Assembly: GCA_951406725.2 (NCBI GenBank)
Contig: OX597838.1
Coordinates: 35,650,001-35,714,000, forward strand
Length of the DNA: 64,000 nt
Direction: 5' to 3'
From: Octopus vulgaris
Taxonomy: Eukaryota
Made by a program: the position numbers and the translations under genes. The notes beneath the pieces were generated by a model. That model ran no database searches. It saw nothing but the letters and a program-made list of their open reading frames with translations, and had not been told where the DNA came from. This document shows, one piece after another, positions 27,423 to 40,133 of the stretch (position 1 is its first letter; every line of letters begins with the position of its first letter).

Positions 27423-28361
27423 TGTGTGCATGCATATATGCCCACTTGGTGTATGACTATTGCTTCAAACATAGCAAGGAATTTCCTTCTATTGATAATC
27501 AAGCGCTTTCCCAGAACACACCAAGTTTCTATAAGATCTACAAAAACAACGTAGATGCTAGTTTCAGCTGCTGAGAAAATACAAATGCCCAAATCTTACT
27601 GCCATATACTTTAGAAATCATGCACCTATCTCAACAGCCTGAATGCAAAAAGCAGAAATAAATCAACCTGACAATTTAATGGAAAATGCTGTTGAATGCA
27701 CATGTATATAGAATTACAGTATTAGTTGCAGATGGTATTGAAATCACTTTTATAGACCTTACTGAGAATACCTTTAAAATTAGGTATACACAATACTTAC
27801 ATTCCTTCAGTTTCAGAGACTAGAATAGCAGTCAAGAAATATTTATAAACATCAAAGCAATGGAAATAACAGTATCCTTATACTGTTACTGCTATATCTT
27901 ACTGAAAAATATCATATAAATACAGCAATGCTTCTTATTAGATATAGCATAGTGTTCTCATTTTGATAGCAATAGATTACACTCCAACAGTAGAGATGAA
28001 ACATTCTCCACATCACCTAATTGGAAAAAATACCTCAAAGCTCAAAATTAATATAAGCCATCTAAAGTAATCATCTCCTTGATCCAAAAATCTATTACAT
28101 CTTTCCAATTGCCTCTTATAAGAACAATAAAAGACTTATCCTCAAGTTACTAATACTTTTCTGAAGGCATGTTGCCATGTTGTTAGGGTGTGGAGCTTGC
28201 AATCAGTCATGTATTTGATTCACTGACTGGACTGTGCATTGCATCCTTGAGTAAGACACTTCACCTCATGTCACTCCAGTCTCCTCAGCTTAAAGCTAGG
28301 ATATCACTGTTATCAATTTTCAGTTGTGTGGAATGGAGCAATGAGAAATGAAGTGCTTTAA

Positions 28362-28571
28362 CCCTTTCGTTACTGTATTTATTTTGAGATGCTCTGTGTT
28401 TCTTTCAATCCCTTTAAATATGACAAAGAATTTAGTAAAATAACCTGGTTATCATTAGGAACATAAATTGTGACTAACGTTTGGTGGAAGATTTTAATTC
28501 AAAACTTATGAAAACAAGACATTTGTATCTCAGAGCCAGAGCCGGTTTCAGCTGGATTAGTATTGAAAAGG
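28362..28571 (-). mobile_element. piggyBac-type MITE family I
   Basis: TTAA|CCCTTTCGTTAC ... GTATTGAAAAGG|TTAA; reverse complement of 44071-44292. Confidence 0.8.
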
Positions 28572-29546
28572 TTAATCAATGCTGTGATACACTGCCCATT
28601 CCAAGAATTGAAACTGTGGCTCAGCACTTGTGACCACCACACCTGAACTAACATGCTATGTACTTTTATTTGGGGGTTTTGTAAGACTGCACAATCTAAA
28701 GAATTCTTTTAAGACGTAATAGTATGATTTGAGGGAAATATGGCCAATAATTCCCTTCCTTCAGGTCAGGCTTCTACATATGCTTTGTATACATTTATGT
28801 TGTGGAGGATAATGGTAAACCTTAAAGTTTTTATGAGCCTTCGTGGGGAAAAAAGCTTATGTTATCAGTTCCCTTGGGAAAGTCGTAAATGTCAAATATT
28901 TTCCTTTTCTTTGACCTGTAAGTTTATGCTAAGAAATCCTTGACATTAGAGGTTTTTATTCTGTGCTGAATTTGACAGGGGTAATGTGCAACGTGTTTGA
29001 TATACATATATACATACATTATCATATATATAAATATCAATATGTGGAAAACCATACAAAGTATTGTTGATATGTACATATTATGTGCACATTGACATAC
29101 ATGTGCATGTATACATACACATGCAAATACTACGGAAGCATGGAAAGCAGATCTGAAAATATGCTTTATATTATATATGCATGTGATGGTGGCCAGCTGA
29201 CAGAATCATTGGAGCAATGGAAAAACCGTTTTATGGTATTTGCTCCCTTTTTTTTTTTCTTTGAGGTGGTGATCTCAAAATTGTTCGCAGTCCACTTCAA
29301 AATCATTGTCCAAGTTCCTTGCTCTTGACATGATTCGACATGTTTATGGTCTTTGGAAGCAAAATGTTCACTCATATGATGTCATTTGTTTTCAGTTCCC
29401 CAGTAGATTGGTAGATTTATTACCTTGCTTGGAAACAAGTAAGGGTTGGTGACTGCAAGAGCTTCCTACTCTCATCCGCTATGCAAGCATGGAAAAGTAA
29501 ACTTTGAAGAATGATGGTGCTGGTGATGATGATGTGTGTATATACA

Positions 29547-29617
<71 letters not shown>

Positions 29618-29621
<4 letters not shown>

Positions 29622-29885
29622 CCTCATGTGTACTGTTGGCGATTTTTTTCCCTCTGTCTTCCCTTCTCTGGATCTTTCCTTCTCCTATGTTTCCAACGAA
29701 GAGCTCCGCTCGAAATGTTAAACCCTCCTTCTTTCCTTCTTCCTGAGCGTCCAATAATACTATATTTGTTCTACGTCCTCGCATTGTTGTGTTTTCTCTT
29801 TGTGTTTTCATGTTTGGATTAACTTTATATACATATATATATATATATATTGTGTTTTTTGTGCTTTCTTGTTTGGATTAACTAT
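29618..29885 (+). mobile_element. Family G repeat with decayed hammerhead (29689-29723) and partial tandem 3' duplicate
   Basis: GTTT-CCAACGA-A-GAG-ctccg-CTC-GAAAT-GTT-AAAC; 3' end repeated at 29850-29884 after (TA)n. Confidence 0.72.
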
Positions 29886-30604
29886 ATATATATATATATA
29901 TATTTGTGTGTGTATGTGTATATACATCCATGCACATACAGGTATGTACATACATATCAACATGCAAACAGACTTGCACCTGCCTGCCAATGTATACACA
30001 CGTGTGTACATACCAAAACACACACAGCCACATGCATATGCATACTGACACATACATATTTCTGTACACACACACACACACACACACAAATATAAAATGT
30101 ATAAAACATATATACATGTGGCGACGTTAAAACGAAATAGAGCAACAGAAACCAATACAAAATAAGAGAAATAGAAAACCAAAATCTGTCAGGTCCCAAT
30201 TCTTTTCATAATTTCTTAATGTCCATTTGTCACAGTTCTTCTCCTTATTAATATCATTAATAGTAATCTGAGACATTCTGGAATTCCATTCCCTTAATTT
30301 GTGAACGCCAAACGAATATTCAACCGAAGAAATTGATTGGCACATGACTACTGGTTAAATGGCAAGAATTCTTGTTGGCATTTAATGGTATTAGAAAGAA
30401 CTCGCTAGCAGAATACCTCATGAATGTGTGAGTGTAAATATGTTATATGTATGAGTGTTTATATATGTGTGTGTGCATATGTACGTATGGATGTGTACGT
30501 AGGTGTGTGTGTGTATTTCTTCATATATGTGTGTCTGTGTGTGTGTATATATATATATTCGTATATATATATATATATATGTATACACACATATATAAAG
30601 AACC

Positions 30605-30650
<46 letters not shown>

Positions 30651-30749
30651 GTTCATATATATATGTATATACATATATATATACATATATATATTTATAT
30701 ATGTTCATATATATATGTATATATACATTCATATATATATGTTCATATA

Positions 30750-30780
<31 letters not shown>

Positions 30781-31246
30781 GTTCATATATATATATACAT
30801 ATATATATATATGTTCATATATATATATGTATATATATATATATATGTTCATATATATATATATACATATATATATATATGTTCATATATATATATGTAT
30901 ATACATATATATATATGTTCATATATATATGTATACACACATATATAAAGAACCATATATATATACACACATGCACACACATACATCTACATTTCGTGAC
31001 AGTCTTCATCTATGCAAATTCCCCTGGGTGTGGTATAAAATACAATAATGATATTAAAATTGTGATGATAATAATATTAATCATATTTATAATAATGTTC
31101 TGTAATTCCATTTATATATAGATTACACTCTATGGATATAAACTGACACAAATAGTTAACTGGTATTTATTTTATCGAACCCCAGAATGGGAAATTGATT
31201 TCAACAAAATTTATTTTAATTTAGCACCTGTTTAGTAGGAGATATT

Positions 31247-31405
31247 CAGGAGTGGGTGTGTGGTGAGTAGCTTGCTAACGAACCACATGGTTCCAGGTTC
31301 AGTCCCACTGCGTGGCATCTTGGGCAAATGTCTTCAACTATAGCCTCGGGCCGACCAAAGCCTTGTGAGTGGATTTGGTAGACGGAAACTGAAAGAAGCC
31401 TGTCG

Positions 31406-31442
<37 letters not shown>

Positions 31443-31666
31443 ATGTTTGTGTGTCTGTGTTTGTCCCCCCAGCATTGCTTGACAACCGATGCTGGTGTGT
31501 TTATGTCCCCGTCACTTAGCGCTTCGGCAAAAAGAGACCGATAGAACAAGTACTGGGCTTACAAAGAATAAATGCCGGTGTCTAGTTGCTCGACTAAAGG
31601 CGGTGCTCCAGCATGGCCACAGTCAAATGACTGAAACAAGTAAAAGAGTAAAAAGAGTAAAGAGTA
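31247..31666 (+). mobile_element. SINE-A full-length
   Basis: Consensus match. Confidence 0.92.
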
Positions 31667-31904
31667 TTATAAAACAGCTGAGTGATTCCGTAGCTCACAT
31701 TGGCCATTGCTGTATGTGAGGGACTCACTACTATCATTATGCACCCTCACATTCAGTGAAGGAGACTAAGTCTGAGAAGGACTTATATGAAATTGTTATA
31801 TACGAAGGGCTTAGATTTGAGGGAAACCCCACAAGGATTTCCTTCAAAAGACACTCTGCTACCATAACCCTTTGTTTATCCTCTGTATCACATGATACAT
31901 AGGA

Positions 31905-31964
31905 TGCAGGAGTGGCTGTGTGGTAAGTAGCTTGCTAACCGACCACACGGTTCCGGGTTCAGTC
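31905..31964 (+). mobile_element. SINE-A head fragment
   Basis: TGCAGGAGTGGCTGTGTGGTAAG...GGTTCAGTC. Confidence 0.75.
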
Positions 31965-32138
31965 ACAAGTTTGCCCAAAATGTCTATGCCTGTTTACAGA
32001 CTTTTAGTTAGCTCTTGTTTCAAACATTCTGAGTAAACAAATATAAAGCCTTCCTTTCATAAGTCCCTGGTGGTTGAAAGAAAAAAGATTGGCAATGTTA
32101 CATCACGGATGCTAGGGATATTTCCATTTCTTTTCTGC

Positions 32139-32366
32139 TTTACTTGTTTCAGTCATTTGACTGCGGCCATGCTGGAGCACCGCCTTTAGTCGAGCAAATC
32201 GACCCCCAGGACTTATTCTTTGTAAGCCCAGTACTTATTCTATCAGTCTATTTTGCCGAACCGCTAAGTGACGGGGACGTAAACACACCAGCATCGGTTG
32301 TCAAGCAATGCTAGGGGGACAAACACAGACACAAACACATGCACGCACACACACACACACACACAC

Positions 32367-32405
<39 letters not shown>

Positions 32406-32565
32406 CAGGCTTCTTTCAGTTTCCGTCTACCAAATCCACTCACAGGGCATTGGTCGGCCCGATGCTATAGCAGAAGACACTTGCCCAAGATGCCACGCAG
32501 TGGGACTGAACCCGGAACCATGTAGTTGGTTAGCAAGCTACTAACCACACAGCCACTTATGCGCC
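32139..32565 (-). mobile_element. SINE-A full-length
   Basis: Reverse complement consensus match. Confidence 0.92.
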
Positions 32566-32960
32566 TATATATATATATATAAATAGACAGATAGAGAGAG
32601 AGAGGGAGAAAACAAGATAGGATAATATGGTTTACATGTGTTTCAGTGACAATTATAAATGAACTACACCCATAGAAAACCAGAAGTACTAAGAAATTGA
32701 TACAATCCCATCACACACACACACACTTTCTTCTCAACTACCTTTTCTCATTCATTCTCCTCTTTTCACTTTCCTTGTTTATCTTCCTCGTAATCCGAAA
32801 CATCAAGGCTCGTTCACTTCTTTTTTAAGTGTTTCAGCTCATACAATATTTACTGCATTTCTTAAAGCTTGTCACTCCCATGTTGTCTTTCAGTGCTCAC
32901 TGCCATCATACCTATCCATCTATCTATCTATTTGTCTATCTGTCTATGTATGTATGTATG

Positions 32961-33040
<80 letters not shown>

Positions 33041-33245
33041 TATATATATATATAAAATTAATAAATAAATAAAATATATGCATATATACATACATATATA
33101 TACGTACCTACCTCTACATGTATATATACATGCATATATGGGTACAGGACACCAAAAAAACGTCGAACACAATGAGAAATGAAAACATAAACACAAAACC
33201 AAGGAAATGGACATTTTTTTAAACAACGAAAAAATAGAGTACAGG

Positions 33246-33276
<31 letters not shown>

Positions 33277-33706
33277 ATTATATATATATATATCACATAA
33301 AAAGTCTTGCATAACATATATATATATATATATAATTATATATATATATCACATGAAAAGTCTTGCACAACAAATATATATATATATATATAATTACATA
33401 TATATATATATATATATATATACATAAAATGCCTGTTAAGTACAGTATGTTGAAATCCTTAATCCTTATGCAAGCATGAAGATATTACAGTGTCCAATAA
33501 ACTATACAGCGTAAATTACATTTTTCATCTTAGTGGCACTGTGAGATAGCATTTTAGTGGATGCAAAAGAGAGGGAAAATATACACTTTGTCAAAATTGT
33601 TTTTCACAGTAAAGCTATTAACTATGTCTTTAAAATCCTCCACAAGAACTTGTTTATTCTTCATATGTAGAATAAACGTTTAAGAGATTATATCACCAAG
33701 AACTGT

Positions 33707-33887
33707 GTTCTCGTTCCATTTGCAGTGACAATACTCCTGCGAATCTGTATTTAGCTTCTTTTTATCAATCAAGACAAAATCTTGGAATCACCTAAATCCA
33801 CAGGCAGACTTGTAGATTGCAGGACAAAAGACAGCCCCATGTTTTTTTTAGCGTCATAACTGTGAAGTAGGATTAAAGAAGTCATTG
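33707..33887 (+). pseudogene. hAT (Buster/Charlie-type) transposase C-terminal dimerisation-domain relic
   Basis: VLVPFAVT/(frameshift)YSCESVFSFFLSIKTKSWNHLNPQADL*IA...RSH matches the LLPFxTTYLCExGFS...KTKxRNRL...DLR motif; stops and frameshift present. Confidence 0.75.
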
Positions 33888-34580
33888 GACCATATTTTCT
33901 TGATTGTGATTGATTTTTCTCTCTCTTTCATTCTCTTCTCCATCTGTTTGTCTGTCTCTTCCCACCCCCTCTCTCCATATTTTTAAAAGTCTTTGTGAAA
34001 ATTACTTGATACGGTTTTACTAAGTATAAAAAACAGATTTAAAAAGAGTTTAAAAAAAAAAATTATTAGTTATTTACTAGAATGTCACTAACCTTTGTGT
34101 ATATGCACAAAACACACACATACACATATATATACATAAGTGGAGAAGGCTAGCTACTGGATTTGGTTAAAAAGACAATGAGTGATGGCTAGAAGTATAT
34201 TGAGTTCTTCATAACCAGCTGATCTAGCAAGCGGGGCCTCATATCAGTGAGGGGGGCTGGTGCGCATTGATGCCGTCGAGAGGTAGGCCCCGAAATGGCG
34301 CGCCTTCTCTCCTGATGACCCCATACACTTGCTAGCTTCCGGTATACGGAGCTTTTAACTGGTAGCACTTGCATGTGCAAGTTGTTTGCAAGACATGTAT
34401 ATAAAATTTGAGGGTATAATTATAATCCAGACTTTTAGCACTTCATGTATAAACCTGGTTAATGTAGTATTCAGTTAACCCTTTTGCATTCAGTTAACCC
34501 TTTTGCATTCAGTTAACCCTTTGTTAAATGTAAATGCAATATTTGTTCATTCACATACACACATACACACGTACATATAT

Positions 34581-34809
34581 ATGACGAACTAACTGTTACT
34601 TTCTCAGATGCAGCACGGATTGTTGTCAGTGAACAGGTCGCGGTCTTAAAGCGACGAAAATATTTTGACAAATTAAACTTAAATGTTGAAGTGAATCGAA
34701 CGGCTTTTGTGTGTTTCTTAAATGGCTTACAAACACCTTCCACGCTGCAATTGTTTTCGTTCCAGCACACGATCTCAGATCAGATCACTTGCTATACGAG
34801 TACATCTCC
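34581..34809 (+). mobile_element. Family F repeat carrying a variant hammerhead
   Basis: Second copy at 9296-9458; ATTCACAT duplicated at 34549-34556 and 34813-34820 around the insertion. Confidence 0.75.
34623..34671 (+). ncRNA. Putative minimal type-I hammerhead ribozyme, G3-C8 core variant
   Basis: TTGTCA/TGACAA stem I; GTGAACA core; GTCGC/GCGAC stem II; GAA; palindromic AATATT stem III; UUU triplet. Confidence 0.6.
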
Positions 34810-35124
34810 TTTATTCACATTGTTTGAATTAATCCTGCATTATCTCGTAGCTTTGAGATTTTGACGACGTGGTTGCTTATTCGTAGAGTGACATTGTAGG
34901 GTAAGTGTGAGAGGTCGGACCTGGCCAATTTAAACATAAAACAGAATATTTTGGCCAGATATAGCTAGTTTGAATATTTAAGGGTTAAACTGCAGTAGAT
35001 TATAAAAGGAACACTTTGCAAATCCAAAGTATTGTTGAATATGCGTAAAATATGCTTCACAGATTGTATAACGATAATTAAAATGAGGAAATGAGAAATT
35101 TAAATTGATGCTCGTATTTCTAGT

Positions 35125-35336
35125 TACTCTTTACTCTCTTTTACTTGTTTCAGTCATTTGACTGCGGCCATGCTGGAGCACCGCCTTTAGTCGAGCAAAT
35201 CGACCCCGGGATTTATTCTTTGTAAGCCCAGTACTTATTCTATCGGTCTCTTTTGCCGAACCGCTAAGTGACAGGGATGTAAAAACACCAGCATCGGTTG
35301 TCAAGCAATGCTAGGGGGACAAACACAGACACACAA

Positions 35337-35403
<67 letters not shown>

Positions 35404-35565
35404 GACGGGCTTCTTTCAGTTTCCGTCTACCAAATCCACTCACAAGGCATTGGTCGGCCCGGGGCTATAGCAGAAGATACTTGCCCAAGATGCCACGCAG
35501 TGGGACTGAACCCGGAACTATGTGGTTGGTTAGCAAGCTACTTACCACGCATCCACTCCTGTGCC
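35125..35565 (-). mobile_element. SINE-A full-length
   Basis: Reverse complement consensus match. Confidence 0.92.
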
Positions 35566-36853
35566 TTGTGTTTTAATATTTTGGGGTTTGGATTCCTTCT
35601 TCAGGAAATCTTCTGAGATGTGTGTTGTGAGCAGACCTCAAGGTTTCCTAAAGAGGTTCTGACCTAAAAATCGTGAATTGCAAGGTAAAAAGTACCAACA
35701 TTACCATCGACTTGTATTATTTTTTACAACTTGTATTGTCTTGGCTTTAAAAAAAAGTTTAAAAAAACAATTATTTAATGTACTTCTTTGTTTTTGTTTT
35801 TTAAAATAGCAAGGTCATAAATTGCGAGTGATTTTTTTTGGTTTTTATTTTTAGCATATCAAATCACCACATAGTGGTTTCCTCATTCACTTTTAGATTT
35901 ATGTAAATAATGGTACTGCTGTGGTGTTGGCCAAATATAAAAGAATGTGTATTACTGTGTGTTTGAAAATAAGAGAAGAGGAATCCGAAGAGATGGAGAA
36001 GAGGAGAGGAGATAGGAGAATAGATAAAATTGATAAGTGTTTTGTTGTCAATAGTATATAAATACCATGTTCCTTGCCTTAATGCTATGTATGTATGTGT
36101 ATGTATGTATATATATATATATATATGTATATATATGTATGTCATGCTACAATGTACTATAAACCTCTGAATGCAAATCTAATCCAATGGATAGTTTGTA
36201 TAATGAAAAGCTTCCTGGGGAAGGAAGTATTTGTATGTAAGCTGTGTGGTTGTGTGTGCATGGGTGTGCAATGTGTATGCTTGAGTACATGTGTATGTGT
36301 AAGAGAGAGAAAGAGAGTGGGAGAGAGAGAGAGTGTGTGTGTGTGTGTGTGTGTGTATATACTTGGCATTTAATATGGAAATCTTGAATGAAGTTGCTAA
36401 TCATGGTGACTGTGTTTAGGGAGAGTGAGAATAAGGGGGCAGGGAAGAGATTCATCGAATTTGGAAAGCTTAATCTATTTATTTAATCTATTTTTCTTAT
36501 TTTGGGTTTCTTTAGAATTGGTGGCTTTGAACTGGAATTTGCTCATTTGCTTCCATCACTGTCTGTCTTTACTCTCTCTCTCTCTCTCTTTCTATACCCA
36601 TCCCTCTCTCTCTCTCTCTGCATTGCCAGCAATCTGAACAGTGGTGCTCTGCTGCCAACACCATCACACATCTACCTCAGTCAGCCACCAACCATGACCA
36701 TCCACACCACCACTGCCACCACTAACAACAACAACAACAACATTGATTTACTGCTGCTCGCATTGATTTACTATTCATATATATATCCTCGGAGTTGACC
36801 CTAATTTGTGTACCGTAAATTGATTCATGCATTCCAATGTTAGAAGACCTCCA

Positions 36854-36898
<45 letters not shown>

Positions 36899-36947
36899 GT
36901 ATGTATATATATATATACATATATACATACATGTGTGTGTATCTATC

Positions 36948-36979
<32 letters not shown>

Positions 36980-37050
36980 CACACACGCACGTATGTATAT
37001 ATATATACATATATACATACATGTGTGTGTGTATATATATATATACATAC

Positions 37051-37174
<124 letters not shown>

Positions 37175-37647
37175 ATACATATATACATATGTGTGTGGGT
37201 GTTGCAACTCATGCAACCATGGAAAAGTGGACATTACAATGATGATACACATACACACACAACGTATTTATATACACATGTATACAGACACACAGACACA
37301 TATCTATGTATATATATATATATAGTTCCACACACAAAGCATTAGTCTTCCCAGTTCTTTATGAAGTAAGAGATGCGAGAGGGGGGGTATAGTGGAGATT
37401 AGGAATCAGGTTGTGGTGGGGGGAGTTGACAGCTGAAGCCGATTAAAGGCCAGGGGTTGTGACCATGTGCTGAACTCCAGGCCAAATCAGAGTTTAAAAT
37501 GAAACTATTCATTCACGGGCCTTTTAACATTTCTTAATAATGGGGCCACCAATATAGTATACTGTAGTAGATTAGAGCCAAGCGCAGCATTGTAAATGTA
37601 GGATAGTGTAACGCTGGCATTGCTCTGAGGAAATATTTGTAAATGTA

Positions 37648-37931
37648 GGCGTCGTTGTGTGGCTATGAAGCTTACTTTGTTACTTCATGGTTCCGGGTTC
37701 AGTCCCACTGTGTGGCACCTTTGGCAAGTGTCTTTTACAATAGCTCTGGGTTAACCAATGCTTTATGAGTGGTTTTGGTAACTGGATACTGAAAGAAGCC
37801 CATCATATATATATATATATAGGAGTGGCTGTGTGGTAAGTAGCTTGTTTACCAACCACATGGTTCCGGGTTCAGTCCCACTGCGTGGCACCTTGGGCAA
37901 GTGTCTTCTGCTATATCCTCGGCCCGACCAA
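37648..37931 (+). mobile_element. Two successive SINE-A 5' halves (old copy 37648-37805, younger copy 37821-37931)
   Basis: Both match the SINE-A head; the second starts inside the (TA)n tract of the first. Confidence 0.75.
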
Positions 37932-37959
37932 TCCCCTTCATCAGGGGCAGTGGCATTAA

Positions 37960-38066
37960 CACTTCTGCTGTGGGTGCGGGTCTTCTTGTGTAGAGCAAGG
38001 TGCCAGATGTCTTGGTCCTTTGTCATCTCCTCTGTAAGGTTCAATGTCCAGAGACCACCCTTCAGT
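37960..38066 (-). mobile_element. RTE-type LINE ORF C-terminal fragment
   Basis: LKGGLWTLNLTEEMTKDQDIWHLALHKKTR resembles the RTE terminal D....L...M..DR..WR motif. Confidence 0.55.
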
Positions 38067-38070
38067 ATAT

Positions 38071-38505
38071 AAAATCTTCAAAGCCACAGTCAAACCAGCT
38101 CTACTGTATGGCTCAGAAACCTGGATGTTATCAAAGAAGCTTGAGAGGTAGTTGGATGGAACCTACACTCGCCTCCTTATGAGAGCTCAAAATCTCTCGT
38201 GGATGCATCATCCAACTAAAGTACAAATATATGGGAAACTACCACCTGTGTCATCTCTTGTGAAAGGTAGAAGAGTCCAGTTTGCTGGACACTGTTGTAG
38301 AGCTGAAAACGAGGTACTTTCTACTCTTCTCCTCTGGAAGCCATCTGCTCATGATACCAGAGGGCGCACACTCTCCTACCCTGATGTAATCTCCAGGGAT
38401 ACAGGCACCCAGCAACAGGACCTCCGTAATGCCATGATGGACCGTGAAGTCTGGCGTAGCATGGTAAATTCCATTGTCTCGACCACGGTCGAACAATTAC
38501 GATGA
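38071..38505 (+). mobile_element. 5'-truncated RTE-clade LINE (RT C-terminal region), copy 1
   Basis: LLYGSETW...RRVQFAGHCCR...LLLWKP...AMMDREVWR; one in-frame stop; close paralog of 40635-41132. Confidence 0.85.
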
Positions 38506-38587
38506 TATGTATAAATGTATGTATATACATGTATATATGTATATACATGTATGTATGTATATACATATATATATATGTATGTATATA

Positions 38588-38742
38588 CGGAGTGGTTGGC
38601 GTTAGGAAGGGCATCCAGCCGTAGAAACACTGCCAGATCTGACTGGGCCTGATGAAGCCTTCCGGCTTCACAGACCCCAGTTAAACCGTCCAACCCATGC
38701 TAGCATGGAAAACGGACGCTAAATGATGATGATGATGATGAT
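38588..38742 (+). mobile_element. Family E 3' tail
   Basis: GGCGTTAGGAAGGGCATCCAG...GGACGCTAAATGATGATGAT. Confidence 0.8.
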
Positions 38743-38838
38743 GTGTGTGTGTGTGTGTGTGTCAATGTATGTGTCCCTCTTCACCAAATGACAACTTGCG
38801 TTTTTCCTTTTTTTGTTTTATGTTCTTGTGTAACTTAA

Positions 38839-39187
38839 AGGGTAAAGACCCCCTTCGGTCATGAATGACCATGGGATTGCACCTAGAAAGTTACCCTCCT
38901 AGACACAAGTCCGGGCAAGGTTGTTTATGGAAGGCCAGCAGTCGCCCATGCATACCAGCCTCCCCTCTCCACGCCACCAGTGTTATCCAAGGGAAAGACA
39001 AAGGTCGATACATTTTGGCACCAGTGACGATGTCGCAACTCATTTCTACAGCTGAGTGAACTGGATCAATGTGAAATAAAGTGCCTTGCTCAAGAACACA
39101 ACACGCAGCCCGGTCCGGGATTCGAGCTCACAACCTCACGATCGTAAGCTCGACGCTCTAACCACTGAGCCATGCGCCTTCACAGAC
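38839..39187 (-). mobile_element. SINE-D full-length with 12-bp TSD, inserted in an old SINE-A 3' half
   Basis: TGTGTAACTTAA at 38827-38838 and 39188-39199; head rc GGCGCATGGCTCAGTGGTTAGAGCG...GCTCGAATCCC. Confidence 0.9.
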
Positions 39188-39841
39188 TGTGTAACTTAAC
39201 AGTTCAGCAAAAGAGATAGTATAAGTGTCCAGATTTATAAAAACCAAGAATAGTAGTACCAGTTTGTCTGACTAAACTCTTGGAGGCACTGCCCCAGTGT
39301 GGCCACAGTCCAATTACTGAAGCAACCAAAAGAAAAGATAAAAGGAATATCTATTTCTGTTTTTTTTTTCTCCTTTATTTATTTTAATTTTTTTTTTGTT
39401 TTGACATGTCATTTTTCAACCAATGTTTATTTGCTCTTTGAACTGTTTGCACTCTTCATTTAAATGAAGAGGTCTGGCTGGCTGATTCTTCTTTGGATTG
39501 TAATGAAATTATGGGGGTAGTAGGGTAGTAGGTGAGGTTTCTTACATTTTTTCTTCTTGTTTTTCTTTTCTTTTCTTTTTTTTTTTTTAGTTTTCTTTCT
39601 GCCTGTTTTATTTTTATAAGTTAGTTGTAATTTTCAAATAACAGATGTCATGACTGGGAGGTGGAGAAAGAACTTGGCAACAACTTCAAACCAGTTTAAA
39701 AGATGTATATATGTGAGTGAGAGAGAGAGAGAGAGTGTGTGTGTGTGTGTGTGTGTGTGTGAGTGTATGTGTTTGTGTGTATGTTTTTATGAATATATAT
39801 GAGAGCATGTATTTAAGTATGTATGTATACATATCTATCTA

Positions 39842-39874
<33 letters not shown>

Positions 39875-39891
39875 GCCTGCCTGCCTGCCTA

Positions 39892-39933
<42 letters not shown>

Positions 39934-40014
39934 CGTCCGTCCGTCCGCCCGCCCGCCCGCCCGCCCGTCCGTCCGTCCGTCCGTCCACCTGCCTGCCTAT
40001 CTATCTATCTATGG

Positions 40015-40133
40015 AGGCACAGGTGTGACAGTGTGGTAAGAAGTTTGCTTCCCAACCACATGGTTTCAGGTTCAGTCCTACTGCATGGCAAGTGTCTTCT
40101 GCTGTAGCCTTAAGCCGACCGAAGCCTTGTGAA
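40015..40133 (+). mobile_element. SINE-A head fragment (older)
   Basis: GTGTGGTAAGAAGTTTGCTTCCCAACCACATGG...GGCAAGTGTCTTCTG. Confidence 0.7.

Larger units (their letters stand above)
34479..34984 (-). mobile_element. piggyBac-type MITE family H, left terminus triplicated, interrupted by family F
   Basis: Ends ...TAAGGG|TTAA at 34984; TTCAGTTAACCCTTT occurs three times at 34470-34522; body is the reverse complement of 57386-58054. Confidence 0.7.

Noticed and set aside
30127-30345. 72-aa minus-strand ORF in non-repetitive sequence
   Set aside because: No motif recognised, non-ATG start, no splice support.
34233-34291. HDV-like ribozyme suggested by the GGGGCCT/AGGCCCC helix
   Set aside because: The L3 consensus and the catalytic C-R-A junction could not be placed on either strand.
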